From positions 434,001 through 498,000 of the forward strand of contig CP075494.1 in NCBI GenBank assembly GCA_021613535.1: 64,000 bases of DNA, read 5' to 3'. Source of the DNA: Adineta vaga. Its lineage: Eukaryota; Animalia; Rotifera. Numbering within the stretch: the first letter of the stretch is position 1; each line of letters starts with the position of its first letter. The position numbers were made by a program, and so were the translations under genes. The notes under the pieces were generated by a model. It was given only the letters and a program-made list of their open reading frames with translations, was not told the DNA's origin and did no database searches. Of this stretch, positions 24,201-37,277 are shown piece by piece.

Positions 24201-27105
24201 TCGATGTTAAAAAGTGTGAAAGATCTTTTGTTTTGCATTGACGGCCAAATAAACACACGTGTGAATGTTGAAGGCAATGATTTTCGACTTCGGGATCAAG
24301 TTTTTCTCCTGAACGTAGTTGCGTGTATGTCACATATTTTGGACAATTATAAGGTGTAAATGGGCAAGGTATTCGGAACGAATGAATTGTATCTTTTATA
24401 TGTTCTTTATCATGAAATCTAACACAACAATTATCTTGAGGACAGATTGATCTAAAATGACGATTAGTAGTACAATGTTCTTGATCTCCTTTTAAATAGT
24501 GTGGACATTTAAGTCTCAGTGGACAAATTGGAAAGTGACGATGATTGAATAAATGATCTGAATCTGTAATGTGACAATCAATTCCATCTTTACATAGTTG
24601 CGGATGATCATATTCACTTATATGGTTGGGATCATTATTTTGACATTCCCCGCCATGCTTACATTTGATATTATGACGAAATGTAAACATATGTATCTCA
24701 TCATCTATTTGTTTACATGGTGATTCTGTACTTTGATGAGAACATACTGGTGGATGTGAAAATTCGTTACAATGTTGAACATCTTTTATTTCACGACACT
24801 TTATGCTGTGATGACATGGCGATTTGTATAAGATACGTGCTTCACTAAGAGTTAATTGTCCATCTGACGATTTATTAAGTATAGAATATGGTCCAGTAAC
24901 TCCATTAAGTCGTAATACTTTCGGTGGATAAAATGTCTGATTATCTAATATTCTTTGAAATGGAGCAAAATTTCCATTTGGATTCATTTTATTCCCAATA
25001 TTATGATCATCAATTATAGCAAAATAAATTTTATCAAAATATCCAGCATATTGAGTAATAACAGATTTAAAAAGTAGCGCAATATGTTCCGGTGGATTTT
25101 TAAAAGCACCACAACCAAGAGCCGATAAGACCAAACAATCATGATTTTGATGATATCCAATTGCAAAAATGTTTTCAATCTTTTTATGTGTATTTACAGC
25201 AACTTTATCTTCTAACATATTATCTTTAGTCAATTGAGGATCTCGAAATGCAGCTATAGCTAAAGAACAAACATTCGAAAGTGGTTTAGCCATATATGCA
25301 TAACCTTCTTCTTCTTCTCGTTGTCGAAAGACAGTTATACCAGATGTATAAATAGCACCAAACAGTTCCATTGGATAGAAACCTTTATATCCAGTTGGTT
25401 TTCTAATTTGACCTTTCTTATTACAATACAATGGTTCTGATTGATCTTTATCAGCTATTTCTATATCTAAACTTTGATAATAATCAGATCGACGAAAAAG
25501 ATTTTCTTCTTGAGCTCCATCACCTTTTCGATAACCACCACCGGGACTTGTTGCATTGGCCATATTTAATAATAATGGTCGACATCCGCTAACCGCTAAT
25601 TTTTCATAAAGTACCAGACAATCTTCATTAACAACATGAACTGTTGTTGATTCATAAGGAGTTTTAAATTCAGATTCTTTTATAGTTTTTCCATCGAATA
25701 ACTTCGATTGATGATCATAACCGATTGTTTTCAAACGTTGTAAATCTAATTTCACTTCTTTTCCATTAACAACATATTTTTTCTTTCGAAGAACAGCAAT
25801 TGTATTTAACATGACTGTTACTCGTAATAAATGTAAAATACGATCGTATTTAGAATCTCGTTTTCTTTGTCTTTTAGCTTTCTCATATTGTTCCAACCAA
25901 TTTTGAGCATTCCATTTATAATGAAGAATCGGATGCTGATGATTATTGATAATTGTTGTTATATCTGGTGTAGCTTCAAGCATTAATGTTTCGTACCAAT
26001 TTTCGGCATTTATTTCACATTGATCTGGATTAATATCAATAGTATGTGGATTAATACGCATAAGAGCATTATCAACACGAAGCGCGCCAACTGCCAGACA
26101 CCTAGTAAAACTATCTAAACCATCTAGTTCGATAACAAGATGATCATCGTTAAGAGAATGATTAAGAACTTGACCTTCAAATATTTGGTTTTCAATGATA
26201 CGATTGATATCAAACCCACGTGGAAGATCAGATACAATAACTCGATAAGCAAGTTTTGTTTTTTTCGATAAATTTCGTCCATTGAGTACGATAAAACCTT
26301 GACTTTTCCATTTTTTCCATGATTTTGATGCGATTACAACTGCATTACTGGTTATTCTGTCATATTGTACGTGAAAAGCAGTCGATGGAAGTGTATTTTC
26401 ATCAATTTGTGCAGCAACAGCATTCATAAGTTTATCATTATTTGTATTTGAAGGTAATTCTTCAAAAAAATCACAATCAGCACGCGGGTAAACTTGGGCA
26501 ATACTATTTCCTATTTTAAAATCTGGCATATCAGCAGCAGCAACAAGTTCATCAAAATTTGTTAAGAAAATTCGATAAATGTTCGGAAACTGAACAGAAA
26601 CAGGTTCGCAATTATATTCATCAGATGTATTATATGCTTGCATATAATAACGAGATACTTTAGTTCCCGAAGGAAATTTCGTCTTAGTTTGATCTAGTAC
26701 AATATATGAATCAAATTCTAATATATCGACAAATGAAATTGTAATATTCAAATCTTTATCAAAAATCATAGTTTGAACATCATTAAGAAGATATGTTCGA
26801 TCGTCTTCCTTATGTAATTCAACTACAGCAATACCAAGTTTTAAATAACATTCGACATTTTTTATTGTCATACGTCCAATTTTTTCAATACAACATCGAA
26901 GTTTTTCTTGAAGATTATCGTTTGGATAATTCATCGGTAAATCTGGTATATACACTAATATGTCTTGATTAACATTAGTCTTTGGAGGTAGTCCTAGTTT
27001 CTTAGTTGATTTCGTGGATGATTTATGACTCGTTGAAGGTTTCGAAGCATCTGCTCCTTTCGAAGGAGAACTTATTTGAGAGTCACTATTATTATCATTT
27101 GACAT
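21297..27105 (-). CDS. Large multidomain protein: TIGR02452/DUF2263 microbial-type PARG, PBZ-type zinc-finger arrays and a candidate ART-fold domain
   Basis: LNMANATSPGGGYRKGDGAQEENLFRRS and LSALGCGAFKNPP; many C-x5-C-x5/6-H-x5-H units. A terminal exon at 21297-21418 splices in frame and encodes CRYGAECRSTKNPEHTAKYSHPT*. Confidence 0.9.
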
Positions 27106-27587
27106 TGTTATATTCGATGTTTATTAAAATAACTAGAAGAAAATAATAAAATTAGATATATGATCATATGGAAATTTAAATATCACAATTCAATGCGAGA
27201 AGTAAATTACATTTTAGCAACTGCTGATACTACTTAAAACGCAACGTGAAAATCTTCAACAAACAGCGTTTCATACATACCCTCGTAATAAAGTATCTCT
27301 CGTAGAAAAAGTCAGTAATCTGAAATTAAAATTTCAATTCAACAGCTTCTATATGAGCAAACAGAGTTATAGTTGGTTTTTACCAAGTTCTTGTTCGAAA
27401 ACTTCGGTAGTAGAGAAAAGAAATATTCTTGGATAAGAGATAAGTATACGAAAAGAATAATAAAATCTTATCAAACTTGACAACAGAAAAAATAATAAAA
27501 GTATTCGCCCGTATATTCAAGATTGGATGGTTATTCTAGAACAGATCAGACTTCCACGATTTGAAACTCAGACGAATTTGGTTTTCG

Positions 27588-27661
27588 TCGAAAGGGTGTG
27601 GGTGTGGGTGTGGGTGTAGGTGTTTTCTTCGTCTGTACTGACACCCAAACCCTCAAGATGG
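27588..27661. repeat. Telomere-repeat palindrome
   Basis: tcgaaagggtgtgggtgtgggtgtgggtgtagg...gacacccaaaccctcaagatgg. Confidence 0.9.
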
Positions 27662-28252
27662 TGATTTCCTCGCTTTGCCAAAACAAGAATTTCTGATTAA
27701 TTTCTTGTTTCAATGCAAATTCAGATTTACTTCGATTTTATGATTTACGAGAATGATTTGTGAAATATGTTTTGCTTCCTATTTGAAAATATATTATTTT
27801 GAATCAACGTGAGAGTGTAGAGAAGGTTGAGATCTCTTCTTTCATCTAAATCATATCTTCAATATGAAGCAAAGAAAAGAATATTGATTCATTGTTCTTT
27901 TGTTTACTAAAATGCATCGTTCATTGGGGATTTCTGCGATCAATTCCGTTCATATTCACACAAAAACATATAAACAAGATCAATGATATTGTCCTTGAGG
28001 ATTCTTCACCATTACATACCTATTTAAAGCGCTTGACTTTTGTTATTCCATATTGATTTTTTTCAGAATTCATACTAATCAATTTCGACCACATTTGTAT
28101 AAAATTGCAAATTGTACCATATCAACAACAACAAATAAAACGATTTGTCAAATGTTATCGTGATCAATGAAACTAATGTAAGTTTTACTAAATGAGATTC
28201 TATTCAATGTAATAATGTTGACATTGGCACACATATTTTATTGAAACTGTTC

Positions 28253-29256
28253 TTATTTAATGTAATAAAAAACAATCCAATAAAATAAAAATAAAACTTT
28301 AAATTTCATAGTAGAATTTAATGACACTGTATGAGATGGTAATGTTGTTACTAAATTCTCACTGTTGTTTATGTTTATATGATTAATTGAGAATATTATA
28401 TTAAATTGTGTTGATTTTTTTGTATAGATAATAGTTGAATTAGTCAATGATGAAGTCATTTTCATATCTGTTATTGATGATGTGAACATATTTGTTGTTT
28501 GTTTATCTCTTTCTTTTTTTCCATAGATAATATTGACGACGTTATGTAATTTATGTATAACATAAAGTACATTATAACCTAAAGTAATATTATTACAACC
28601 ATTAAACATACATGTGTAAAAGACTTGATGTTGTAAACCATAATATTCGTGTTTAGAAGGAATAGAAGTGATTTTCACAGTAGTTTTTGTTTTTTCTTTA
28701 CTACCACATCCACCACCATAGTTTGGTGTTAAATTTTTGATTATATCTGTGTTAAGAACACATGTTCCACTAGAGCATTTTTCATAGTTCGTATCAGATG
28801 ATTTTTTAATGCAATAGACGGGTGAATTTTGTTTTTGAATAAGTAAATCACTTAATTGGACTCTAATGGAGTATTGTTATGATTTATCAAGAAAAAAACA
28901 TGTTCAAGAGCAAAATAAAGATCACAATTATTTGTTGAACAACCGTAAATAAGCAAATGAGTAATTGTTGATAAATTTGAATTTAAAGAAAATGTTGTTG
29001 TCAATTTTGGATGATCAGATATAACAAGATTGTCTGAGAAATATTTTGCGGAGAATAATATACGTAAATTATTTGCCGTATAATTCAACGTTAATTGACA
29101 TTGGTAATACTTTTCATCAGTTGGTTTTATACTTTTTAGAATATTGTCAAAATGAGTTTTATTAAAAGAAATTGTTGAAAAAGTAAATTTTTCACGATTA
29201 ATACATGATAATTGATTAGTAATTGTAAATAGAAGAAAAAAGAGAAGCAACTTCAT
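28253..29256 (-). pseudogene. Secreted or membrane cysteine-rich protein, apparently frameshifted near 28850
   Basis: Signal peptide MKLLLFFLL, motifs YGCSTNNCD and YTCMFNGCN, Ser/Thr-rich stalk and hydrophobic tail, split over two ORFs. Confidence 0.55.
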
Positions 29257-29711
29257 CAGAACTAATTTGATTAGTTCTGCAATGTATATGACTCGTTTTT
29301 ATTAAAAATATTCGAGAGTGTCAATCAAAATCAAACTGATAGATTATCAACATTTCATATCAATATTAATAAACATTATAAAAACATATATTGACTATTT
29401 ATTTAGTAAATTTCAACATAGGAAAATGAATTATTTTCAAGATAAATTCGATTGATTATTTTATTTTGATATATTCGACAATTCGACATATCAAATACAA
29501 GTTAAAATAATCAATTCTATCTGATATATTCGTACAATCTGTTATCAAAAAAAATCATTCCATATTTTATATTCTGATCATGGATATATTCAAATTAGTG
29601 TTGATAGAATATGAAAACGTGTTTGAAATAGGAAAATATCGACCAGATTTAAAATCTGTTTCTAAGTACAACATATCAATTGTTTTCAATCAATATTATC
29701 AAACAAGTTTT

Positions 29712-29844
29712 TCTTGAGGGAGTGTGAATGACATAAAGATACAGACATACAACCACTGCGCGTTTTTTAAGTAGCACTCAGGTAGGAACGAAGGGTGAGT
29801 ATAAGTTAAGATTATAGCATGATCCACACCCACATCCTATCGAG
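29712..29844. repeat. Two degenerate telomere-repeat palindromes (the second is spacer type B)
   Basis: tcttgagggagtgtg...; cgaagggtgagtataagttaagattatagcatgatccacacccacatcctatcgag. Confidence 0.7.
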
Positions 29845-29899
29845 ACCGATATTAAATAACGAAAAGATTATTTATTATATTTATTCGCTTAAAACGATT

Positions 29900-30960
29900 A
29901 ATCTAATTTTATATTAATCGAAATTCTACCATTGTTATCTTCATCAGTAACTAACATTTTCCCATTTGTTAAAGATCATGTATACGATTTAAGCGTTTTA
30001 TCAGTAATTATTCAAGTTTCTGTTGATGGATCATACAACTCAACATTATTGAGAACATGATTAATATATTTTCCACCAGCAACTAACACATTTCCATTTG
30101 GTAATAAAGATACTGTAGGTCCTATTCGTGCATAATTCTATTACTAATACTTGTCCAAATTTCTGTTGATGGATCATACAATTCAGCACTATTTAAAAAA
30201 TCATTATCATTCGATCCACCAACGACTAATACTTTTCCATTTGTTAATAAGCATGCTGTGTGCTCATCTCGTACACTATTCATATAACCAGAAGTCGTCC
30301 AAGTTCCTGTTGACGGATCATACAATTCAGTACTATTTAGACAATTATTACCAGCTCCACCAGCAACTAATACTTTTCCATTTGGTAATAAAGATGCACT
30401 GTGCCTAATTCGCTTATGATACATGTTTCCAGTAGTTGTCCAAGTTCCTGTTGATGGATCATACAATTCAGCACTATTAAAGGTAAAAGTACCATTCGAT
30501 CCACCAGTGATTAACACTTTTCCATTTGTTAATAAGGATGCTGTATGTCCCCTTCGTGCATAACTCATGTTAGCAGTAGTTGTCCAAATTTCTGTGAATG
30601 GATCATAGAGTTCAGCAGAATTATATGTATAATCAAATTGATTAAATCCATTCCATCCATTCCATCCACCAGTAACTAAGACTTTTCCAGTTGGTAATAA
30701 AGATGCTGTGTGCATAAATCGTGCAGCAGTCATATTTCCAGTAATTGTCCATCCTAAACAAAACAAAAAAACATTTCAATCTATTCATCCTTAGTTGTGT
30801 CCTTGAAACAGTGTGAACACATTGAAATGAAAATAGTTTCTAAAGTAGATTTTATACTTTCTACTGTTACTCAGCATGTTTAAGGAAGATTAACGTCAAA
30901 CTTACTTGATTGTTGAGTTGTAATTGTCGTTCTTATGGTAGTTGTAGTATTTGTTACTAT
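29900..30960 (-). pseudogene. Kelch-repeat gene with a Thr-rich upstream exon; 3' repeats degraded
   Basis: HTASLLxNGKVLVxGG...SAELYDP repeats; upstream exon ends TTQQS|gtaag; broken repeats continue past the stop at 30122. Confidence 0.75.
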
Positions 30961-31870
30961 TAATTGAAATATAATTAGTAATGTGTAAAAAAAAACAACT
31001 AAACTAGATGACAAATCGTCCGTTTATCAAATCATATGAGAAGATGCAGAAGTATTTCCAAGGAAGATTAGAGTTCGACCTGAGGCGTCTTAGATCATTA
31101 TTTATTTCCTTACTTGGTAAGGATGCACACATTCGTTGATCAATCATCGATATTGAATAACAAACAGGATGTACAGAACATCGAGGATATGACGAACACA
31201 GATGTGATAAGGTTCAGAACAAGAATTGTTTGTAAGTTCGCATGAAATCAATTCATTACAAGATTTATTGAGAAAAGCACAAATACCGCTAGTATTATCA
31301 GCATTTTCTACATGAAGACAGCCGCAGGCATCATTTTTTGAGCATTTATCATATGGTGAAAAGTTACGACATATACGAGAGTTTACGCGAATTACCGATA
31401 CACTAAATAAAATACAAAAGATGTCAATTGAGACAAAAACTAACGCTATAAATACAATCTGTTGAATTCATTCGATCAAAAGTTAGAAAGTCAGTTTTAG
31501 AGTTATTACAACAGTAAATCTTTTATATTTTCGAAGTCTTAAAGTTTCAATAAAAATTACCTAACTTCAGATGAAAAGAGGAAAAATTAGAATTACCTGA
31601 ACAGAACGAATACGAAAGAAAGAATTGCCTTTTTAATCATAGTTTAGGTTGAAATGAAAAAAAAAAAGAATCATAATAGCATCGTCTTCGTATAATCAAT
31701 AAACGGATGGCGTTTTTCACATAATTCGACAGTGAAGAGACCCACGATATTAGCTTTCAATAGATGAATGAAAATTCAATGTTACGAGGTGAATAATGTG
31801 AGAAAAAGAAACGGAATTATAAAGTCATTTTGTTCTTTGAAGAACGATTATTACATAGAAGTACCATTAG

Positions 31871-31921
31871 AGGGTGTGGGAGTCGCCTCTCTATACCGAC
31901 CTGCACTCACGCCCAGCTCAG
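31871..31921. repeat. Telomere-repeat palindrome next to the mariner insertion
   Basis: agggtgtgggagtcgcc...ctgcactcacgcccagctcag. Confidence 0.65.
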
Positions 31922-31936
31922 ACTAATACAGAACTA

Positions 31937-33179
31937 TTAGGTTGTCAACAAAGTTTTGGCGTTTTTTTCAAAAATTTTATTTTTGTTTTTTCACTTCAAA
32001 AGTACAACTAGTTTTCAGATATATATTTACCATTACTATCTACCACTTGTTGCCAACGCTCTGGCAGAGACATGATCCCGCGCTCGTAGAAGTCCTGGGA
32101 TTTTTCATCAAAGAACTTGACAAGCTCCGTTTTGACATCGCTTTCGTCGTCGAACTTTTTATCACGTAAATCATTCGAAAGAGATCGAAACAAATGGTAG
32201 TCTGTTGGAGCCAAGTCAGGGGAATAAGGTGGATGAGGAATGGTAATCCAGCCGAGCTTCAATAATTTTTCACGGGTCGACTTTGCTACATGTGGTCTAG
32301 CGTTGTCATGTAAAAAATAAACTCGATCCTGCTTTCCCTTGAGCTTTTCTGCAACCCGATCCAATTGTTGACAGTACAGATCAGCAGTGATGGTGTAACC
32401 ATTTGGTAGAACTTCCCAGTGGATAACTCCTTTGATACCCCACCAGACGCTCAGCATCAATTTCTTGGGATGGAGATCAGCCTTCGGTGTTGCTACGCCG
32501 GTTTGACCAGCGCTCAGCCACTGACGTCGACGCGGGTAGTTAACATACAACACCCACTTCTCATCACCAGTAATCAGATTGGATAACCATTGGTAGTTGC
32601 GGTGAGATGTGATTAAATCCATACATGCATCAACTCTCTGTTGCAGCTGATGTGCCGATAATTCATGAGGTATCCATACCCCATATTTCCAGGTCTTGCC
32701 TAATTCGTTCAGATGTTTTTCCACCGTAGTATGAGAGCACCCGAGCTGCTCTGCTAAACACCGTAAAGTCAGTCGAGGATCTTCTTCGATAAGCTGCTTT
32801 AAAAAGTCCACATCCACTTCCATTGGTCTACCAGATCGAGGTAAGTCGTCGAGTTCTAAATCGCCATTCTTGAAATGATTGAACCAACGTTGCGCGGTAC
32901 GAGTGGAGACTAGACCCTGACCCATCGTGCCGCATATGTTGCTGGCTGCTTCCGTTGCTTTGTGCCCCAAACGAAATTCATGAAGTAAAAGCACTCGAAC
33001 CTCTCTATGAGAAAGATTTATCTTTGACTCGACATCAACGTCCATATCAACGATTTTTTTTATCATTCAAAAGACATTCATGTCCTATATATATACCCTT
33101 AGTATGGAAACTTCTAGAACTTTCTTGGTTGTTCTACAAGATTTTAGAAAAAAACGACAGAACTTTGTTGACAACCTAA
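31937..33179 (-). mobile_element. Full-length mariner (DD34D) DNA transposon
   Basis: TIRs TTAGGTTGTCAACAAAGTT.. and ..AACTTTGTTGACAACCTAA; TA on both flanks; about 1.24 kb. Confidence 0.97.
32008..33066 (-). CDS. Mariner transposase, intact
   Basis: WIPHEL, ITGDEKW, HDNARPH, YSPDLAPTDYHLF. Confidence 0.97.
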   Translation of the reverse strand: MIKKIVDMDVDVESKINLSHREVRVLLLHEFRLGHKATEAASNICGTMGQGLVSTRTAQRWFNHFKNGDLELDDLPRSGRPMEVDVDFLKQLIEEDPRLTLRCLAEQLGCSHTTVEKHLNELGKTWKYGVWIPHELSAHQLQQRVDACMDLITSHRNYQWLSNLITGDEKWVLYVNYPRRRQWLSAGQTGVATPKADLHPKKLMLSVWWGIKGVIHWEVLPNGYTITADLYCQQLDRVAEKLKGKQDRVYFLHDNARPHVAKSTREKLLKLGWITIPHPPYSPDLAPTDYHLFRSLSNDLRDKKFDDESDVKTELVKFFDEKSQDFYERGIMSLPERWQQVVDSNGKYISEN

Positions 33180-33350
33180 TATGTGTGTAAAAAGCAAACG
33201 ATGATTCTTTTTCTTCTCAATTCAAATCTGTTTGTTGAATAGATTTTATTTTCAGAAATAAAAACTGCAATAATAATGAAACACAATATAAAGAACGAGT
33301 CGTGCCATGATGATCTTCTTCAATTTCAATAAATATTTAAACCATTTTTT

Positions 33351-35906
33351 TTACATTACGACATTCAATGTTTTATTATCATCATATTGTTGTCGAAGAA
33401 TTTGCTTTGCTTCCTTAGTAATACGATTAAATAAGATATCGAGATGCTTGAGCGTCTGTATAAATACATAAAACTTAGTATCAGAAAAAATTCCAGAAGA
33501 GTTTATCTTACTGAATTATTCAAGAGAGTATTTGTGAAATATGTTATGCCTTCATCTTCGATTTCATTTCCTCTAAGAAGTAATATTTTCAATGTCTATA
33601 TTGAATGATTAAAATAATACAAATGAAATAAATCGATAAACAACTTATTTTACTGAATTGTGTTGAAGTGCATGTGCCAAGTATTTAACACCTGTATCAC
33701 TAATTGCGTTCCAGCCAATATCCAACTCTGTAAGAGACTGACATAATAGATAAATCATAATATTAGTGAAATAGAAAGAAATGTTGTTGTACCGAATTAT
33801 TCTGAAGTACATTTGCTATATGTTGTGCACCTACAGGGCCAAGTGTATTTTCCATAAGGTTTATCGTGGTTAGTGTCTATGGAGAGGAAGAGAAAAATAT
33901 TAAATTAAGAAAAATATATGAAGAACTGTTTTTCACTGAGTTTTTTTCAAATGCGCGAATCAGATATTGTGCACCTTCATCGCCAATATTGTTCCAGCCA
34001 AGATCCAAAGATTTAAGTGTCTTTATTGAAAGAAATTAAAAAGTATAGAATATATGAATAGAAAATTAATATTACAGTAATTTTTTCTAATGCATTTACT
34101 AGATATTTTACACCTGCGTCACCGATATCATTAAAACCAATGTTGAGTGTTGTTAGTGTCTAGACGAATAAATAAAAACAAATACAATATAAATGAGTAA
34201 AATATTTCTTATACAGAGTTGTTCTGTAGTGCATCTGCTATATGTTCTGCACCGACATCACTAATTTCATTGTCCCAAAGATCTAGCATTTTCAGTCCCT
34301 AATTTGAATGATAAAAATCTATATGAGAAATAATCGAAGAAGAATGTATCTTATTACTGTATTGTTTGATAATGTATTTGCTATATATCGTATACCTATA
34401 GCACCTATTTTGTTTTTTGATAGATTCAATGTAGTGAGTGTCTATGAGAATATTATCCAGTTAAATATGATATCGATGATAGACAACTATCTCACTGAAT
34501 TGTGTACCAATGCATTTGCCAAATATTGTGCTCCTGTATCGTCAATATCATTCATTTGAAGATTTAGTGTTGTGAGTATCTGTATAGAAGAATTCAATTT
34601 AATATAAATTGAATGAATAAAAAATTGTTTTACCGTATTCTTTTCTAATGCATCTGCTAGATGCTGAATGCCTGTATTGGTGATTTTGTTCCAATCAATA
34701 GATAATATTTTCAGTGCCTATAAACAAATATAATAAGGACTAATATGAAAATGAATTGATTATAAAAGATTTCTATTACGATATTATTTTGTAATGTATT
34801 CGCAATATTTTTGATTCCATCAACATCAATTTCGTTGTGCGAAAGATTTAATGTTGTGAGTGTCTAATAAAGATAGATAGATAGAAAAAAAAGTTAGATA
34901 AAACAAGAAATTGTTTCACTGAATTGCTTTGTAATGCATCCATTAATACTTTAACATCTATTTTAGATATGCAGTTACAACTAAGATCCAATGTTACAAG
35001 TGTCTATATTAAACAAGAACAATAAATATAATGTAGGGAGAAAAAAAAAGAATATTGTATCTAACTGAATTATTTTTCAATGCATCTGCCAGATAACGAG
35101 CGCTTCTATTCTTCAAAGTTCTCATAATGACAACCCGTGGCTCAACAAATAATTCTGTACGAAAAGAATGAAATGCAAAATGGAAAAATTGTGAACATCC
35201 ACAACCAATTTCATTCTTTCGAAAATGTAGTGCTTTTAGTGTCTATATTAGATGGTAAAATTCAATGAATATGAAATAGGTAAATATAAAGTTTATCTCA
35301 CTGTATTCTTTTGTAATGCATTTGTTAGATGATGTATGTCTTTGTCGCTTAACTCATTCTCCGAAAGATCCAAACTTGTGATCGTCTACAATGATATGTT
35401 AAACTAAATGTAGAATACCTTTATGAAATGAATTGAAACTCACGGAATTGTATTGTAAGGCGTTAGCTAGATGTTGTAATTTGTCATTATTTACTCCTTT
35501 GTTTTGAAGATCCAGAATGGTAAATGTCTGAATAAATAGAAGAAAAAACTATTATAAAATCTCTCACTGAAAAGAAAATAATCAAACGATATCCGAATCC
35601 CTAGTGCTGCAAGGCCTTGTATTAGAGTAAAATTCAACTTTGAATTCAATAATAGATACGAGAGGATTTATACAATCAAACTGGAACTTTAGTACCATCT
35701 TTGGCAAAAATACTTATATTTCACACTTAATAAATAATTAAATCGAGATTTAACTTATATCGATGGTATGTGTCTATGATGGTATTAAGTCTTTTACAAA
35801 CGTTATAAGCTGAACATAGAATTGTAAATTCATCAAGATTGTCAAGAATACGATACATATATTCGACAGGTAACTTGAGAAGAGGCGAAGTAATATCAAC
35901 AGACAT
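33351..35906 (-). CDS. F-box plus NLRC3-like LRR protein, about 15 one-repeat exons
   Basis: First exon MSVDITSPLLKLPVEYVYRILDNLD; exons of the form TLTTLNL..N.I...GA.YLA.AL; last exon ends TAA at 33351-33353. Missed by the ORF track. Confidence 0.85.
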
Positions 35907-36591
35907 ATTGTATAATCTTATGTCTCGTTTTATAGTCTCTGAAATGAATATACGTTAAACTATTGTGCAAAGTTGTAAATTGTGATATTAATCTTAACGT
36001 TATGTTCTCATTCACATAGAGAACATCAAACACGTTATACTAGTAATAGCAAATACTAAAATTCATATTATACGAGTCATGAATAGAAAATATTGATTGA
36101 CAAACAAATATTTAACAACACGTTTGCTTGGTGATTTTTGCTTAATTGCGTTTTGAAAGTGCGTAGAAGGGAAAGAATAATATGAAGATTGTTAACTTAT
36201 TCTGAAAATCGATGTTTTACGACTTTTACACATTTAAAAAATTTAGATGAAAAAATTATCATGAGATTCACTATTCTTCATCTACCATCCCAATACCGAT
36301 ATGTAAAGTACACTACTATATTTCTAACTAACGGAGATACCCAATGGTTGTTTATAGCAAAGAAAAACTTTGTCTCTTGTGTTCTGTAATAATTTCTTCA
36401 TATTAGTATTTATCGTCATTAGATAAAAACTTTATCTTTGCAAATAACACACAAACTTGGAAACTACCGTGTGCTAATAGAAACAAAAAGTAATCACTCG
36501 TTATATGTAATATTATAGTTTAAAGTAATAACAAAATACAAAGTAAAAAATCATCTTTTTTATTCACTAATTTCTATGTGTTTTAGAGAAT

Positions 36592-36993
36592 ATGAGTAGA
36601 ATAAAAGTGGAATCTGGAGAATATAAAATATGTGATACAAAAATGGATCAATCATTATATACAGTTAATCTTGATCGAGACATTGCATTTACATTGTATT
36701 CTATAACATTACAAAAAGTTGCATTAGCAAGAAATCTTACTGATCAACAATGTATTCAATTATTTAAAGAAATAAACAAAAACAATCTTCCAGATACTGG
36801 TCGTATTGATTGTATGATGATTGGCGGAGATAACTCTGCGAAAGCTCGCAAATATTTCGCTCATATTGTTAATGTTCTCAATAGAATTGACAATACCGAT
36901 AATATTGTTTTGGTCTTAGTTTCTGTACTACATTCACGACATCCGAATTCCTTCGAAATACATTGCTTCGATGGTAGAATCTATGAAATCTAA
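36592..36993 (+). CDS. Small uncharacterised protein with weak CheD-like deamidase resemblance
   Basis: 133-aa ORF; IKVESGEYKI..LYT.NL..IAFTLY..MIGG pattern; no Cys at the expected catalytic position. Confidence 0.5.
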   Translation: MSRIKVESGEYKICDTKMDQSLYTVNLDRDIAFTLYSITLQKVALARNLTDQQCIQLFKEINKNNLPDTGRIDCMMIGGDNSAKARKYFAHIVNVLNRIDNTDNIVLVLVSVLHSRHPNSFEIHCFDGRIYEI

Positions 36994-37277
36994 GAAAATA
37001 CATTATTCAATACAAACTTTGCTTCTTCTCCTCTTTCTTTTATTGTGTCATTTCGGCTTTCTAGTTCTGTTTTTATTATTTAAATAATTAATTGCACTTT
37101 TTTTAAGCCGTTTGAAATCATAAAGATAAAAATATTTTAACATTATCTTATTGTATATGATAACATAGATGAAATATTTAAAGAAAGAAAAAACAAAGTA
37201 AAACTGTCTTGTTGATTTATGAGATTTTGAAAGAAAAATGAGTATTAATGTTTTATGTTTATTTTAGAGTGTTTTCA

